A stretch of DNA of 64,000 bases, taken from assembly GCA_030704615.1 (NCBI GenBank), contig CM060734.1:41912001-41976000 (forward strand), given 5' to 3'. This document shows, one piece after another, positions 27,120 to 41,291 of this stretch; within the stretch, counting starts at the first letter, position 1; each line of letters starts with the position of its first letter. This DNA is from Takakia lepidozioides. Its lineage: Eukaryota > Plantae > Bryophyta. The notes beneath the pieces were generated by a model. It was given only the letters and a program-made list of their open reading frames with translations, had not been told where the DNA came from and made no database searches. Position numbers and translations under genes: made by a program.

Positions 27120-28849
27120 GATCGCCCCAACCTTACACGCTCTCCCTGTCCCAAATCTCTGATCAGCTCCCAGACACCCAAATCCTCCTCAGAATTGAGC
27201 TCCACCACCAGACTAATCGCCTCCCTCACAGACGTTTTTCTCTGCGCCCCCGTGCAGCTTCCGGCTGTGGCTTGCGATTCTTGCCTCATCTAGCTGCATC
27301 TGACTACTTATAAGTTGATCCGCAGCGAGGCAGGATCAGAGTGCGACAGTGCTTGCCTGCTTCTTCTCGGCGTGCTTCCAACGCCATAGCCACACTGGGA
27401 AGCTTCCCGTTCCGCCCCGCACGCAACCCGTCCTTCGGGCTGACTCGCGCCCGCTGACGGGGAACCCACCTGTCCCCCGCTCTGGCCCCGTGTCAGCTGT
27501 GTTGGGCCGGGTTTTGCTTGACAAGTGGCCCCTCGGGAACTCGAACGGCGTCCTCGCATCTCTCAAAAGGAAATATTCGTCCTCTTCTCTTGGCCCACTC
27601 ACAGCTTCGTAGATGACCGAATAGGTAGACGGTTGGTGCACCCAAATGGCCTAAATTTACCCATTTGGAGTTCTACTCATTTGAAGATGGTTTAGGTTCC
27701 AAAGTTACATTTTCTAAAGGGGGCCTGCTTGGAGAGCCCACCAAAGTAAGGTGGAGGCGGAAGAAACCCGGTAAGCTTCTCTAACCCTTACCCTCTTTAT
27801 ATACTATCTCAAGGCCGTGGTGGAGCCTTTTAGAAGGGTTCAGGAAAGCTCTAGAACAAGGAGGGCCCACCCTCCCACTTCTAGGCTAGCCTGTACAGGT
27901 CGCCTCACATTTCAACATTCCAACATGGGTGCCCTCCTCCCCATTGGCCGCTCCAATCTTCTCCCTTTTGTCGATCTTTAGGAAAGCCCCTCCACAATTT
28001 GGGACCCTTATTTATGGAGGCCCACAAATTTTCGGTGATGAGGCACTGCGCTCTTGATGCATGTTATTGCATTTAAATGGGAGTTGTTCTTTGAAAAACT
28101 TTGAAAAATTGGACGCTGGGATATCACAAGTACCACCTCGTCTTGGACCATCACAAGGAAAACTATAACCAAATTCTTTTTGTGCATTATGAGAGAACGT
28201 GAGATGGTGAGAATGTGTATCATCTCAGAATAGATCTTGTTGTCTTGAATACTGTATGATTGTATGAACAAAGAGGCTCCAGCCTTTCCGACTAAGACCT
28301 TTTTAGCTGATGAGACTGCGGGTTGGACTTAATTAATAGGATTAAGCAACCTGCCGAGATGTTGATTCATACGACTACCGGGGGTTAGCTATCTTTCAAA
28401 CGATTACTCTGTAATCGTTTCAGAAGGCATACCTTCAGAGGTCAGTTCATAGTTAGTCACTACAGGGCAATAGAGCCCACCTACCAATGCAAAGCAAGAT
28501 CCACCACAGAGGACCTTCCAGCAATAAAATAAAATGAGATCTAAGTTGGTGAGAAATGGTGTGAACTTAGTCTTTGCCCACGATGTCTTCAGGATTACTA
28601 CTGGTCCCCGGCAGATCCCCCAACTGTCTGCAATTCAAAGTTACTCGCAACCTCTTGTAATGTTGCAGAATTTTGACCTAACACACTAGGACCTAGTTAC
28701 ATGCTGCCCGGTATTTGAGGATCAGTGGTTAACTGCCCTCTTGACCTGTAGGCATCAGTCATAGTGTGGCAGAGCCACTAATGCTAGTTTGGATCATTGC
28801 CTCCTGTGCATCTGAGTCTCTGTTTCTTTTGCCTGCTCAACGGATACAT

Positions 28850-30880
28850 CTGGTGGCCCTGATGGCATTGTCATGAGCTTATCAAGCATGGTGGTGACCC
28901 TATAATAGAGGCCCTTGTTCTTCTCTTTAACCTTACATGGAGGACTGAAATTACCCCCTTTCGCTGGCGGCAGGGGATCATTGTCAATTTTTATAAGAAA
29001 GGTGACAGAGAAGAGCCGGGTAACTATCGGGGCATCACGTTTCTTAATGCAGTTGGCAAGATATTCTACAGAGTCCAGAGGTTGATCTGGAGTCTAGAGG
29101 TTGTTTCCATGAAGGCCAAGCTGGCTTTCGGCGAAACAGGGGCTGCATGGATCATATATATCTTCACACTCAGCCAGATTATCCAGGGAAGGAAAAAAAA
29201 AAAAAAAATGAAACCTACTTTTGTCTTTTTCCTGGATGTCAAAAAGGCCTATGACACTGTGTGGGGAGACGGTCTATGGCTCCGTCTCTGGTCTTCCGGG
29301 ATCAAGGGAAATATGTGGAGAGTGGTCCATAACTTGTATGCTCACACTAAAAGTTGTGTCACTGTTAATGGACAGAAATCTAATTTCTTTGACATAGACC
29401 AAGGTGTAGCTCAAGGATGTACCCTCTCCCCTCTGCTCTTCAATGTTTTCATGAATGAACTACTGGAGGATGTGGAAAGTGAGGGATTTGGGTTAAGGGT
29501 GGGTGATGCCACCATACCAGCCCTTACGTGTTCAGATGACTTTGCAGGCATAGGGGAGACTCCTTCCAACCTCCACGGGCTGATAGATTGCACAAAGAGA
29601 TACTTTGATCTTTGGGGGCTAGAGGCCAATGTCAATACATACGCAATGGTGGCATTCAACGACCGGGGTTGAAGGAGGAGGCGACCTCAAGTGGCAGTGG
29701 GGAAGCCAAGAGATCCCTGTTCTCCCCTCCTACACCTATCTTGGCGTTGAGTTTTCCTCCAACTACAATTGGGAAGCACATATTCAAAGAGTGGTTCAAT
29801 CTGGCAAATGCAAAGCGTTGGGTCTCACTAAATTATTCCACTGCAGAGGGATCAACTCTAAAGTTTAAAAAAACCATGCTTTGCCGCGTTATCAGGCCAG
29901 CCTTGGAGTAGGCATCTGCTGTATGGGTTGATAACTCCAACCAAACTAAGTCTCTTGAATCCATCCAAGTCGGGGTGCTCAAGGAGTGCATGTCAGCATG
30001 CTCCAAAACAACTAATGTGGCTGTTCTGGGTGGGTTTGGCATTCCTCCCTTAAGCTCCCGACGCGATGAATTCAAAATCAGATGGTGGGGTCAGCTGCAA
30101 CATATGGCTAATACCAGATATCCTAAGTTAATCGACTCTATATCTTGAAAGTAGGACCGCCCTGTCAAACAGGCTAAATCCTGGCGGAAGAGGGTAGAAG
30201 AGATTTTCAAGGATCTGAATCTTAGTCCACTAGCCATGACTCTGCTGGATAAATCTGGCTTAGAAGCTGAAGTTTCCAAAGCCATGTCTATTGCCGGGAA
30301 ATTGTCTGAAGAAAATGAAGTTAGGCAGAAAACTTCCTTGACCTATTTCCAGCCTGTGACATGGGTGAGGCCATCATGGATGACCTCAAGGGTTTACCCA
30401 CCCTCGGCACTAGACTGAAATTCAAACTTAGGGCGGGTAGCCTACCTTTGAACAACAAATAGTCGCAGAGAGGAAAGGGGGATTGTAAGTGCTCGTTGTG
30501 TGGGCAACCTAAAGACAATATTCACTTCCTGATTCATTGTCCTGGGTACTCTCACCAACGGGACACCCTCTTCAATTCCATCAAGGAAATTCTTCCTCTA
30601 CCTCTGTCATCTTTGCAAATCTTGAGGTTGAGCCAAAAGCCCAGGCCCTTTTGGGATCTAGCTATTGGGCAAATCACACACATCAGATTGATGCTTGTGT
30701 GAAGGGATTTATGGAGGATATCTGGAAATCTCGGATCAACTGTTTATTCCAAGGTAAATCATACTGTACCGGCGTCAGCCTCTGACAAAGGTAGTTTCTG
30801 TCCCTTTATGCTCCGCTCAAACTGGGCGCGGGGTCAATGGCCACAAGGCTACGGCAAACAATGTCTTATGAGTACATTGT
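28850..30880 (+). mobile_element. 5'-truncated, decayed LINE (RT domain through 3' end)
   Basis: GGPDGIV, KKGDREEPGNYRGIT, FLDVKKAYDTV, GVAQGCTLSPLLFNVFM, degenerate CSDD, YTYLGV, and C-terminal CxLC..HFLIHCP. The 3' end GGGCGCGGGGTCAATGGCCACAAGGCTACGGCAAACAA is shared with the copy at 33.45 kb. Confidence 0.88.
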
Positions 30881-31511
30881 TTTGCCTGCTCAACCAACAA
30901 AGCATCCTTGTACAATGCCACAGCTTCATAAACACACTAAAGATATGGAGGATTCCAGAGGAGAGGGGCGGATGGGGGAAAAAGAGACCCATAGGTATGG
31001 CTTTGCATGCATCCCAAGATGGTCACAGCTTTCATAAGAGACAATGTGAGAAGAAAACCCTACAACCTTACATGTGATTCACTATTTCATGTAATGAACT
31101 TGCAGGCCTAACAGTAAGGGGTCTTCTAAAGAATGGAATGACATAGGTCAAAAAATTCAAGCATGGTGATATATGCCCTTCTACTTCTCTTTAACCTGAT
31201 CTGAAATCCCGGGGGGTGCACTTTTTATGAACTGTGCGTATCACGTGCGTTCGTCGCCTAATAAAAAAACCCCCTATATACGGGTCCTTGGATAATTTAT
31301 ACCCCCTCAGTACATACTTTTTGAAGATTATAAAATCCCCTCCTGTAAATATACAAAAATTTACAATTTTCGAAAAGTACCCCCTTCTGTATGTATATTC
31401 TCATTTTTCATCATTAAAAATAACCCTCCAATATGTATATGTATGTTTTTATATTATATCGAATTTATTTATTTAAAACATAATAAAATCTAACAAATTA
31501 ATTAAAAAAAA

Positions 31512-32085
31512 TTATTTGCCTTTGATAAAGTTGTCAAAGACTTTTCGGTCATTTGCATCAAGAACATATGTGTTTGACTTGACATTGTACTTTAAACATG
31601 CTAACGCGATAATGGAATCCAAATCAACCATCATGTTATCCGTCAAATCGTACGTATAGACCCCTCCTCGAATTTTTTGGTACCATGCTAACCCAATCTC
31701 CATATGAGAAGGACGCTCCAATAAATCAACAGAATCCCTACATTCTACAAACCGCTTATTGATATTCTTCCGCATTCTTTAAACCCTGCCCAAATACCAA
31801 GTGCCTTTGGTTGCTCCTCTGCAGGTTTTCCCTGGTCTACCTTTCCTGTTTGTAGTTTGGATCGCAGTCTCCCCATCAACAAAAAATACAGCACAATCCG
31901 AACCCAATCCCAAGCTCGTGGCTTTGTTGCTGGTAGTTGGTTTGTTTTCTCGGCAAAACAACATCGATGCACTTCTTACTCGTGTCAATCTATCCTTGGA
32001 TAGAGTAGGGTTGCCATTGAGTTGGCTAACCAAAGTGCTTTTGAATATGGTCTTCCTGTCTACTTTGACAAATGGAACCACTGCC
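31512..32085 (-). pseudogene. C-terminal remnant of the TIR element's own ORF (frameshifted)
   Basis: AVVPFVKVD..KSTLVSQLNGNPTLSKDRLTRVR..WYLGRV..FDNFIK, nearly identical to part of ORF 48700-49575. Confidence 0.8.
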
Positions 32086-33439
32086 AAATGAAACAGGTCA
32101 AACCAGAAGGTGCCCTCAGGCTGAAATACGTTGAAGAAGGTACCTTTCATCAGCAGTGCCTTGCTTTATCAATTGCGCTGTTGCCGCTACTGTTTCCAGT
32201 TGACCATCCACCCACATTGTCCCACCATTGACTGGGGTCAGAAAAGTGTCTCATTCCAAAGCTTCTCTTCATCTCTGTGGTGCTATTGTAGGGTGACTTC
32301 AATGCCCAAGTGGGCAAAGGGCTCCATCAGGACGATATCATTGGGTCTTCTGGTGAGGACGAGCTGAATTCTAATGGCAGACGGTTAATTAACTGTCTGG
32401 AAGAGCTTCAGCTTTTGACCTTGATTAACAAGACAAGAGGAGACCAAGTGCAGTGGACTCGTGAGAAATCCCAAACTGGGGAACGTTCCATTGTGGACTA
32501 TATCATAACGGACAAAAATTTGTTCCCCCAGTGTGCCAATGTGTTGATCGACAGAACTGATATTGGTACCTCTGACCACTTTCTGGACTGAGATCAAAAG
32601 GTGTTTTCCCAAGGCCAGAGTAGAAGAGATTCTCAAGGACCTGGACCTGGATCCGCAAGTCTTGACCCTGCTGGATAAATCAGACTTAGAGGCTGTAGTG
32701 TCCAAAGCCATGTCTATTGCCATGAGATTGTCTGATGAAAATGAAGTTAGGCATAAAACTTCCCTGAGCTTGTTTCTAGTCAGTGACATGGGGGAGGACA
32801 TCTTGGATGACCTCAAGGGTCCACCCACTCTCGGCACTAGACTGAAATTTAAACTCAGGGAAGGAAGCCTACCTTTGAACATCAAACAGAAGCAGAGAGG
32901 AAAGGGGGAGTGCACTCTCCCAAGTGAACCTGCATCATTCAGTTGGCAAGACCGTGTCTGAAAAATTGATCCATTTGAAGACACCACGGTGCAGCTGAGC
33001 ACAGCCTGACATGACAACAATTAAACATCATACTGAGACAAGAGAAGCAGTCAAGGACACAGTCATGCATATGGCAGCAAGTGATCACCCTTCAAACATG
33101 ATTGAAAACATACATGAGGTCAAAGGCAATAAGAAATCAGCGAAGGGTACTGCAGCTAACAGTTGGAGTGTCTTTAAAGACAAAGGGAAGAGAAAGAAAC
33201 ACTTCACTGGCAATGAGGGGAGGCTGTGGAAACGCCAAGAGGATGGCACAAATGATAGAAATAACAAGGCTGGGCAGAGGATCCTGCAGGAAGAAGAAAG
33301 GGTATGTCAGCATGGAAAGGACGTGCGGCTCATTCCAATAGAAAGGGGAACATTCGTGCAGTTAAGTACAACAACCAATTGCCCTTCAATTATGGCTGGA
33401 ATTTTCCAAAAGGCGAGGGATGATAAGGATGAGATTGTA

Positions 33440-36000
33440 CTCATAAGACGTTGTTTGCCGTAGCCTTGTGGCCATTGACCCCGCGCCCAGTTTCAGTGGG
33501 AACAAAATGAACAGGGCTGACGTTGGTAGTAAGACTTACCATCGTATAAGGAATTAATCTGGGTTTTCCAGATATCCTCTAGAAAACCCTTCACACAAGC
33601 ATCAATCTGTTGTGTGTGATTTGCCCAAAAACTAGGCCTCAGGAGGGCCTGGGCTTTTGGCTCAGCCTCGAGACTTTCAAAGTTGGTAAACAGGGGTACA
33701 GGCACAATTCCCTTGATAGAATTGAAGAGAGCCTCTCTTTGGTGAGAGAACCCGGACAGCGTATCAGAAAATGAATATTGTCTTCAGATTGCCCACACAA
33801 CGGACAATTGCACTCTCCCTTTCCTCTCTGCTTCTGTTTGCTGTTCAAAGGTAGGCTTCCTGCCCTGAGTTTAAATTTCAGTCTAGTGCCGAGAGTGGGT
33901 AGACCCTTGAGGTCATCCAAGATGTCCACCCCCATGTCACTGACTGGAAACAAATTCAGGGAAGTTCTCTGCCTAACTTCATTTTCATCAGACAATCTCA
34001 TGGCAACAGACATGGCCTCAGACACTACAGCCTCTAAGGTAGATTTATCCAGCAGGGTCAAGACTTGCGGATGCAGGTCCAGGTCCTTGAGAATCTTTTC
34101 TACTCTCTTCTGCCAGGACTTAGCCTGTTTGACAGGGCGGTCCTGTTTCCAAGATATAGAGTCAATCAACTTAGGATATCTGGTGTTGGGCATATGTTGC
34201 AGCTGACCCCACCATCTGACCTTGAATTCATCTCGTCGGGAGCTTAAGGATGGAATGCCAAACTCACCCCGAACAGCCACATTGGCTGTTTTGGAGCATG
34301 CTGACATACACTCCTTAAGCACCCCCACTTGAATGGATTCTAGAGACTTAGCCTGGTTGGAGTTATCAACCCATATAGCAGATCCGTACTCCAAGGCAGG
34401 TCTAATAACGCGACAAAGCATGGTTTTCTTAACCTCAGAGATGACCCCTCTGCAGTGGAAAAATTTAGTGAGCCCCAGAGCTTTGCTCTTGCCAGTTCGA
34501 ACAACTTTCCGGATATGTGCATCCCAATTACAATTGGAGGAAAACTCAACGCCCAGGTAAGTGTAGGAAGGGAGGACCGGGATCTCTTGGCTACCCCACT
34601 GCCACTTAAGATCACTTCCTCCCTCTCCTCTGTCGTTGAATGCTACCACTGCACATTTGCTGACATTACCTCTAGCCCCCAAAGATCAAAGTATCTCTTC
34701 GCGCAATTAATCAACTCCTGAGTGTGATGCCACGGTAGTTCCCCGGTTCTTCTCTGTCACCCTTCTTGTATAGACTGACAATGACCCCCTGTCGCCAGCG
34801 AAAGGGGATCATTTCAGTCTTCCAGATAAGGTTAAAGAGGAGAACTAGGGCCTCTATCATGGGATCGCCACCGTGCTTGATAAGCTCGTTGACAATACCA
34901 TCAGGTCCACCAGCTTTATATCCATTTAAATGTTCAATTGCTTCCACAATCTCAGAAGAACTAATGGGAGCGTTATAAGCCATTGAAATATACTCCAGTT
35001 CATCAGGGCTGTTTTGAATCATAGGAACAATTTTTCCAACTGTGTCCCTCCATTCAGCAGAAGACCCCTCACTGTTAGACCTAGAAGTTCTACCAAGGAT
35101 ACTGTAGTGATTTTCAAAGGTTTTGACAATGTCAACCGATGAAGTCACCACTGCACCTTTAGTAGTCTTCAGCGCTTGTACTTGCTGACCGTTTTTAGGC
35201 TTGTACAAATGTTGAAGGGCCAACCATAATTTCTTGTCATTACCACCATGGTGGTTTGAGTTTATTTCACTGTATAACTTATCCCAGTATAATTTCTTCT
35301 AAGACCTAACAAGCTGATTGATATCTTTCCGGAGCTGATAGTACCTCGCCCACAATTCTCTGTTGGTTTTCAAATTGCAGCACTCTTTATAGAGGGCTCG
35401 TCCTCACCAAAAGGCCCAATGATATCGTCCTGATGGAGCCCTTTGCCCACCCGGGCATTGAAGTCACCCAATAGCACTACCTGACCTTTGGCAAGGAACG
35501 AAGCACAGTCCAGTTTTACATCTTCGAAGGCTTTGTCTGCGTCAGCACTAAGGGTCCCCTCTGTGGGCATGTAAACACAACCCACAAAGAGGTCCTTCGT
35601 ACTCATGCCGCCCTTCAGATTCAGTTTTAGCCAGATACTATGTTCGTACCTCAAACCCTTCTTGATAATTTCACAATTATCAAACAAGAAATCACGGACA
35701 AAGAATCCAACCCCTTTTTGACCGCGTTTGGCAGAGGCTGCCTTGAGAGTACACATCCTACCTGCCCATTTATAACCATTGACATCTCCAACCAGTTTAT
35801 CCGAAGTTTCCCATGTTTCTTGCCCAGCACAGATATGAATATCATTAGTCCGAAGGACTTGTCCCACTTCGAGTTGTTTCCTTTGGTTAGTAAGCCCTGA
35901 GAAGTTGAAAGTGGCCAGCCGCAAGCCAGCCCTTTGCATGTGAATTGTTTGTCGTCTAGGTAGCTTGGGATTGCTCCTGGACGCCCAACCGTTGTGCAAA
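33440..36000 (-). mobile_element. Internally deleted LINE (APE endonuclease, RT flanks, 3' end) inside copy A
   Basis: ATFNFSGL, GQETW, VGCVYMP, LLGDFNARVG; KAGGPDGI..GNYRGITL joined directly to the post-RT region at ~34712, so the RT core is deleted. CPLC..HFLIRCP. Same family as 28850-30880. Confidence 0.88.
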
Positions 36001-38423
36001 GGGGGGACAGTTACCCCATGTGTAGATTTTGCTCGTCTTGTGTAAACTCTTGAGTACCAAATCCTTCAGATTCAGGACGTTCAGGTTCTGTACACTTAGG
36101 GGCATCTTGTCCCTCTGGCTGTTTGGATTCAATAAGGATGAGAATAGGCCTGATACAGTGAGTACAACCATTGTGTCACGCCACTCATTATTAGGAAAGA
36201 AAATAGGCCTAATGTGCTCATTACCTCTGATGACTGGGAATCTTGATGCCCATGTCCTCCTGTCATTGCTGCACAACAATCCGCCACCACACCCGCATAT
36301 CATCACCGATCAGCCCAGGCCTGCCCCACATTCCCGCGCACTTACTTCATCCCCTTCGATTCCTGCCCTCTACATACATCACAACCTCAAACCTTCTCCC
36401 AAGTCAGTGCCCTCACCACATTCTGGTGCCCTCACCACATTGTCCTACCCATGCCCTGTGGAGAGGAGGGGAGAGGAGAGGAGGAAAAAGAGAAAGCCCG
36501 CGGAAGGGAAGGCGAACGCGGGAGAGGAGGAGAAAGAAAAGAGAAAGCCGCGGGAGGTCAGGGGAGAAAGATCGTGGAGCGAAAAAAAAAAAAAAAAAAA
36601 AACAAACATACAAAACGACGATTCCACGATTCGATCCCAGGATGCATCGCGGCGGAATCGCCATTCTTACCACTACACTATCCCTAAAAACTCAACAACC
36701 CCCTCCTGTAAAATTATATTTAAGGTGTTTTAAACCCCCCTCTGTATGTATAATGTTGTACATGGGGGGGGTTTAAAATACCCCCTCCTGTGCACGCACG
36801 TGGCTGGTACATTTAATGAGGAGTGCACCCCCCGGGTCTGAAATCCAAAACCCTGTTGAGAACCAGTTATTGGCAAACAACTCAATGAACTGACTATGCC
36901 TCTCCTAGTAGGTCCCACCTCATTGGATCAGCTTGAAGATAATAGGCCAAATTGAAAAGCTGCAGTTGGTGTGTGCAGTCTTACAATTGCACCAACAAGA
37001 CAGAAAATTGTAGGACCCCGTTTATTGGTAATAATGGCTGTGAGGGAACGAAGCACAGTAAGGTGTATTGCCTTGAAGCATTTATAGATAGGGGAGATAG
37101 GGATTTTGTTTTTGTATAATGCATTGATACTGACATTGTGGATACCGCTTCTACCTCGCTTGTAATGCCAGCCGTGATAACAAATAATGGGCCGGTGTTC
37201 CAGCCTCTCTGGCGGATCGCAAGGATAAATGGTGCATATTTCTGTCGTTTTGTCTAGGGTGGAGGAGGTAGATAACGATCATGACAATTTGTAATTTCAA
37301 TGAAGTAGATGATAAGATTCGGGGATAAAGTGGCGGGTGGGGGGGTGTTGATGGGTAAGCCGTGGATAAGCAAGATGTCAGGGCATAGTTTGGCAGGACA
37401 AGTACAGGGATGTGAGTGGGGACAAGCACAAGGAAGTAGCCAATGCGGGACGGTGTGGTCTGGGGGTCTGCCTTGGTAGGCACTGGCATTAATGAGTGAG
37501 AACCATCTAGTTTCAGCGCGGTGCATGAGGAGTTTATGGATGTGCGAAATGGTGTGGTTATAACGGGTTATACGAAGTCCGTGAATGACCAGGTGGGTGC
37601 ACTGGCTGAGGAGCTAGGCCAGGTGTCCCGTTCCTGGTGGGTATGTGAACAGAGGGGGCAGTGTGGGGAAGGGAATAAATGTGGCCAAAAATGTGTTTGC
37701 GTTGGTGGCCCATATATTGAGCGTATCTGAATTTTATCTGAATTTTAATTAGCGTAATAATAGCTCTACCCCTTTTTCAAAATATTACTATTGTGGCCAT
37801 GGACACCATCACATGAGCACTAGTGAATGGGCCAATGTGCTATCCACGGATTAAGGTGAATAGTTTAGTGATAAGTTTGATGGTGTGTTGGAGCGTCAAA
37901 TTTTCCATGATACATGTGCATATAGTGAATGCCAGTTGCTAGAGCAGGTAGCCCAATGGTTGGGTGTTTGTGCCTTGTTTGTGCAGTGCATGACCTAGAT
38001 GATCTAGGGTTAAAGTGTCCATCTTCCAATGGAAGGCAGTAATCCTAGAGACACTAAGAATATAATAATGCACGACGCCTCCCTCCCGAAGGAAGTGTAA
38101 ATTATGGTGTCGAGCTTGACCCCCAAGGGCTACTTCCGGCAGGAAGGTGGACACCTTTGTGACACCAATCGGTGGATTGAACCCACAACCACTTCCAAGG
38201 TGGTATCTGCCCATTACCCACTTAAGGCTACAACTTATTGTTCTAGAGACACTATAATTTACACTTCCTTTGGATTTTGAATGCCAGATTTGAGTCATGT
38301 GCATCGGAACGCCTTCACGGCGAGGTTATTGAGAGGTTATTTTCTCCTCTCTCTATCAATGGGCCTGATTTGTGAGTTGTCGCTCCCAAGTGTTTCCCTT
38401 AAGAAAAAAAATAAAAAATCATG

Positions 38424-38996
38424 TGATGTACAACTCTTCAACAACATCTCATGTTCACTCTACACCGAGATACTTGGAATAGCATGGCTTTTCTTCAGAG
38501 TTCATCACATCATAGCATAAGTACAAATCGAATTACTTTGAGTCCACTGGATACACACTAATCACTGATACCTTCTAAGTTGCGTGCAGCCCTTTTATAC
38601 TATGCTCGAAAGAGCCGTTACAGCCTGCAGTCGTTAATGACCGTTGCCTAACTGCCTACGCAACCCCTAAAGGGTTTACCAAAAAGTGGCTCGTGGTAGT
38701 GGTCGTGACTTTTGGTCATGTGCCATAGTGGTACACGATCCACGGTCCTTCACTACTTCATCTATTAGTAAAGCCTATGCTACCGTGGCCGTGTGATATC
38801 GTGGTTCACGGCCCACTGCTGCTACACTACCCAGTACTACTCCCATGGTAGTGTACCCTTGTTCCGCCATTTGCGTGCAGCACACTTAGCATTTTCTGCC
38901 CGTGACCGGGTAGTGTAAACCAATCACTACCCGGTATGTCCCATCGTGACTCTTGTTGTCTGGCCCTTGTAGCTGTGTCATACTTAGCCGTTATCA
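38424..38996 (-). repeat. 3' LTR of the minus-strand Gypsy element (~573 bp)
   Basis: On the minus strand the PPT AAAAGAGGGGGGGGAA is followed by TGATAAC.. (38996) and the repeat ends ..TACATCA (38424). TATAAAA box at ~38593-38599. No partner LTR in the window. Confidence 0.65.
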
Positions 38997-40457
38997 TTTA
39001 TTCCCCCCCCTCTTTTGAAATTGTGTCCGCACAATTTCGTCAGTTCCTGTGTTTGTTGTGTCTCTTGGGGATGTAGGGTGGTGGCATGCCTGTCTGCTGG
39101 TTAGGAAGTGCGTCCCAGGATTATGATGGTCGTGGTGGCAGCTTCTTGTTTCTATTGTCATCACTGTCTGGTTGCTCCTGTGGTTCGTGAGTGGGCCAGC
39201 TTTCGTCATCATGGGGTTCTGCTATTCCGTCCGTGCGTACCATGTCGATTTTGGTGGTCAAGGTTTCTCGGTAGGTTTGCAGCTCCTCCTTGGTCCAAGG
39301 TACAATGTTTTTGGTCGCCCTGCTGCCCATTAACCAGTTAACAGCTTGCGTCCCTATTTCTCTGAAGGGGTGGTCTTTGTCCAGGACCAATGGTGAAAAG
39401 TGATCTTTCGTCTGGCGCCATGCTTCAGCATATAGTGGTCTGTTCGTATATGCTGAAGTGCCTGAGACTCTCTCTGGTGGCTGAAATTTGGGTAATTCCC
39501 AGTGAGTATCCTTGTCAATACTCTCATAGCGCTGCCAGCTTCATTGTGACGAACATCTGGTACAAGTAGCTGCCAATATAAAAACTTGGGCAGCCCATTA
39601 CAACGTCTACTGCCGGGGTAGGATTAATCTTCAATTGCCCCACTGCCCACGTATAAGCGACCATCTCCTTGTACTCTAGGGGAGCCTGGCGCCAAAATTC
39701 AACCAATTCTGCCCCTGACCATGTCTCCTCCCTAGCCAGTGGCCTCATCCTGTATCTCAAAGGTATGAGAGTTTGATTGAGCAGATGCAATTGACCCAAT
39801 GACCTGCAAGGGGTTAAAGCTTTGAATACCTTTTCTAGTACTTCTGGGATTTGGTGGGCTGGGAGTACCATCATTTTAAAGTATTCCTCTGAATACTTTA
39901 GCCACTCTCCATCCTGCTTGCATTACACTTCATTTGTTTTATCATTGCCCTGTTGAGTTTCTTCATTTCTAGCTCACTTCCTTCACTCAACCATGCTCGG
40001 GCAAGGTTACATACTGTTCTTGTTGTCGCCAATTCCCTCTGGTGTTTGTCTTTGATGTGGTCTAAGATCATGCTAAGGTTCTCCGGGCTTATGTAATCTT
40101 TGGCCCTATCCATGTAGGCCATTACTTGACCCAACGCTTGTATTGCCTGCAGAATTACCTTTGTGGCGTTTCTTCCAAACCTGTGTCCCATGCTGTTGTA
40201 TCCAGGACCTGTTGTGCGAGTAGTAATTCCTAATTGGAATTATTGTCTTGTTGCAGCTGACTTTGTGCCTCTTGCACCACCTGCTGTTGCTGCACCACTG
40301 TGGCTCCCTCCTTTGTTCCTGGTTGTGTGGCCTCTGCAGGTATTGTTTGCTGGATTTCGGTGTTAACATGGCCAATTTCCATGGGTGTTGTTTCATTGGT
40401 CTGCGGCTGGTCCCCTCCTTCTGGCTGTTGATTCTCTCTTTCCCTCTGCAGTGTGGA

Positions 40458-41291
40458 TCAGTCGTTGAGTTGAAAAATGTTTTTTGCCATTGCACTCGTG
40501 GTTGCTTTGTTGATCCGGGCTCTTTTTGCAAGTCCGCCCTCTTCTTCCAATTGTTGTTTTTCTTCCTCTTGACGTGTTGCCATCTCACTTCCTTCCTCCT
40601 CCATCGTGTCTGCCTCTTGCATGATTCCCAACGTTGTTTGCTCTTCGGGTGTCAAGTGTACAGTGTGTCGAATCATTTGGAGTAACAGGGGAGTAACTTT
40701 GGTAACCAAAACTTTCTTCTTCTTCTTTGTCAATCTTGTTAATTCTTGGGTTAACTTCTTCAATAAGAAACCTGCCCAATTCACGACTTGCCCATTGAGG
40801 CAAATCAACACTTGGTCGATTAGCTCGTTGGTGCAATAGCTGTGGTTTTGCCTGAGGCAAAGCAACGTGCTAAGTACCGGGGTTATCTTCTTAAAGCCGG
40901 GGTTATTGCTGTGACTGCATGTGTAGCCCTGATTGGCTTGGTTGAGATTCTTAAACAAGTCCGCAAGTACAAACCTTGGTGGTTTGCCGCTGTGCGCCGG
41001 TACGTCCAGACTGGGAAGGTGAAACACTTCCGTCAAGTACTTCTCCGTCAATAGAATATGTGTGTCACGGACATTTGTGCTTCGAGTGTTGGTGTTGTAA
41101 TTCTCCAAGAACTCCCTGCACAGCTCGTCGTGCTTAAGGTTCCAGTCCAGCATGGTGACAAAGTACCGCAGGCCAAGACTGTCCAACGTCTCCTGTGTCT
41201 CTGTGTCCTGCTTGATTTTCTGCAACGTCGGGCTGATTTTGAAATTCACTTGCACAAAAGAACTTGGTGTCTTCCGCTTAGTGCCCGCCAT
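40458..41291 (-). CDS. Extra sense ORF downstream of pol (resembles additional ORFs of Athila/Tat-type elements); probably continues, frameshifted, to ~39524
   Basis: ELCREFLENY..LTEVFHLP..VNWAGFLLKKL pattern, followed by E/Q-rich low-complexity sequence. Lies between integrase and PPT. Confidence 0.55.
   Translation of the reverse strand: MAGTKRKTPSSFVQVNFKISPTLQKIKQDTETQETLDSLGLRYFVTMLDWNLKHDELCREFLENYNTNTRSTNVRDTHILLTEKYLTEVFHLPSLDVPAHSGKPPRFVLADLFKNLNQANQGYTCSHSNNPGFKKITPVLSTLLCLRQNHSYCTNELIDQVLICLNGQVVNWAGFLLKKLTQELTRLTKKKKKVLVTKVTPLLLQMIRHTVHLTPEEQTTLGIMQEADTMEEEGSEMATRQEEEKQQLEEEGGLAKRARINKATTSAMAKNIFQLND

Larger units (their letters stand above)
31208..36836 (-). mobile_element. Unclassified TIR DNA transposon, copy A (non-autonomous, cargo-laden)
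   Basis: Termini CCCGGGGGGTGCACT...AGTGCACCCCCCGGG with 8-bp TSD TCTGAAAT (31200-31207 and 36837-36844). Both arms are near-identical to copy B at 45876-49863 in the opposite orientation. Confidence 0.92.

Noticed and set aside
26332-27162. Plus-strand ORFs overlapping SAT
   Set aside because: Antisense shadows of the real SAT coding sequence.
28882-31197. CTTCTCTTTAACCT direct repeat (28920-28933 and 31184-31197) as a LINE TSD
   Set aside because: The first copy is internal LINE coding sequence (LLFNL), also present in the copy at ~34830; the second looks like another decayed RT fragment.
36029-36776. ORFs of 234 and 177 aa, and mirrored ORFs at 45896-46347
   Set aside because: Low-complexity translations of the purine-rich transposon arm; no domain evidence.
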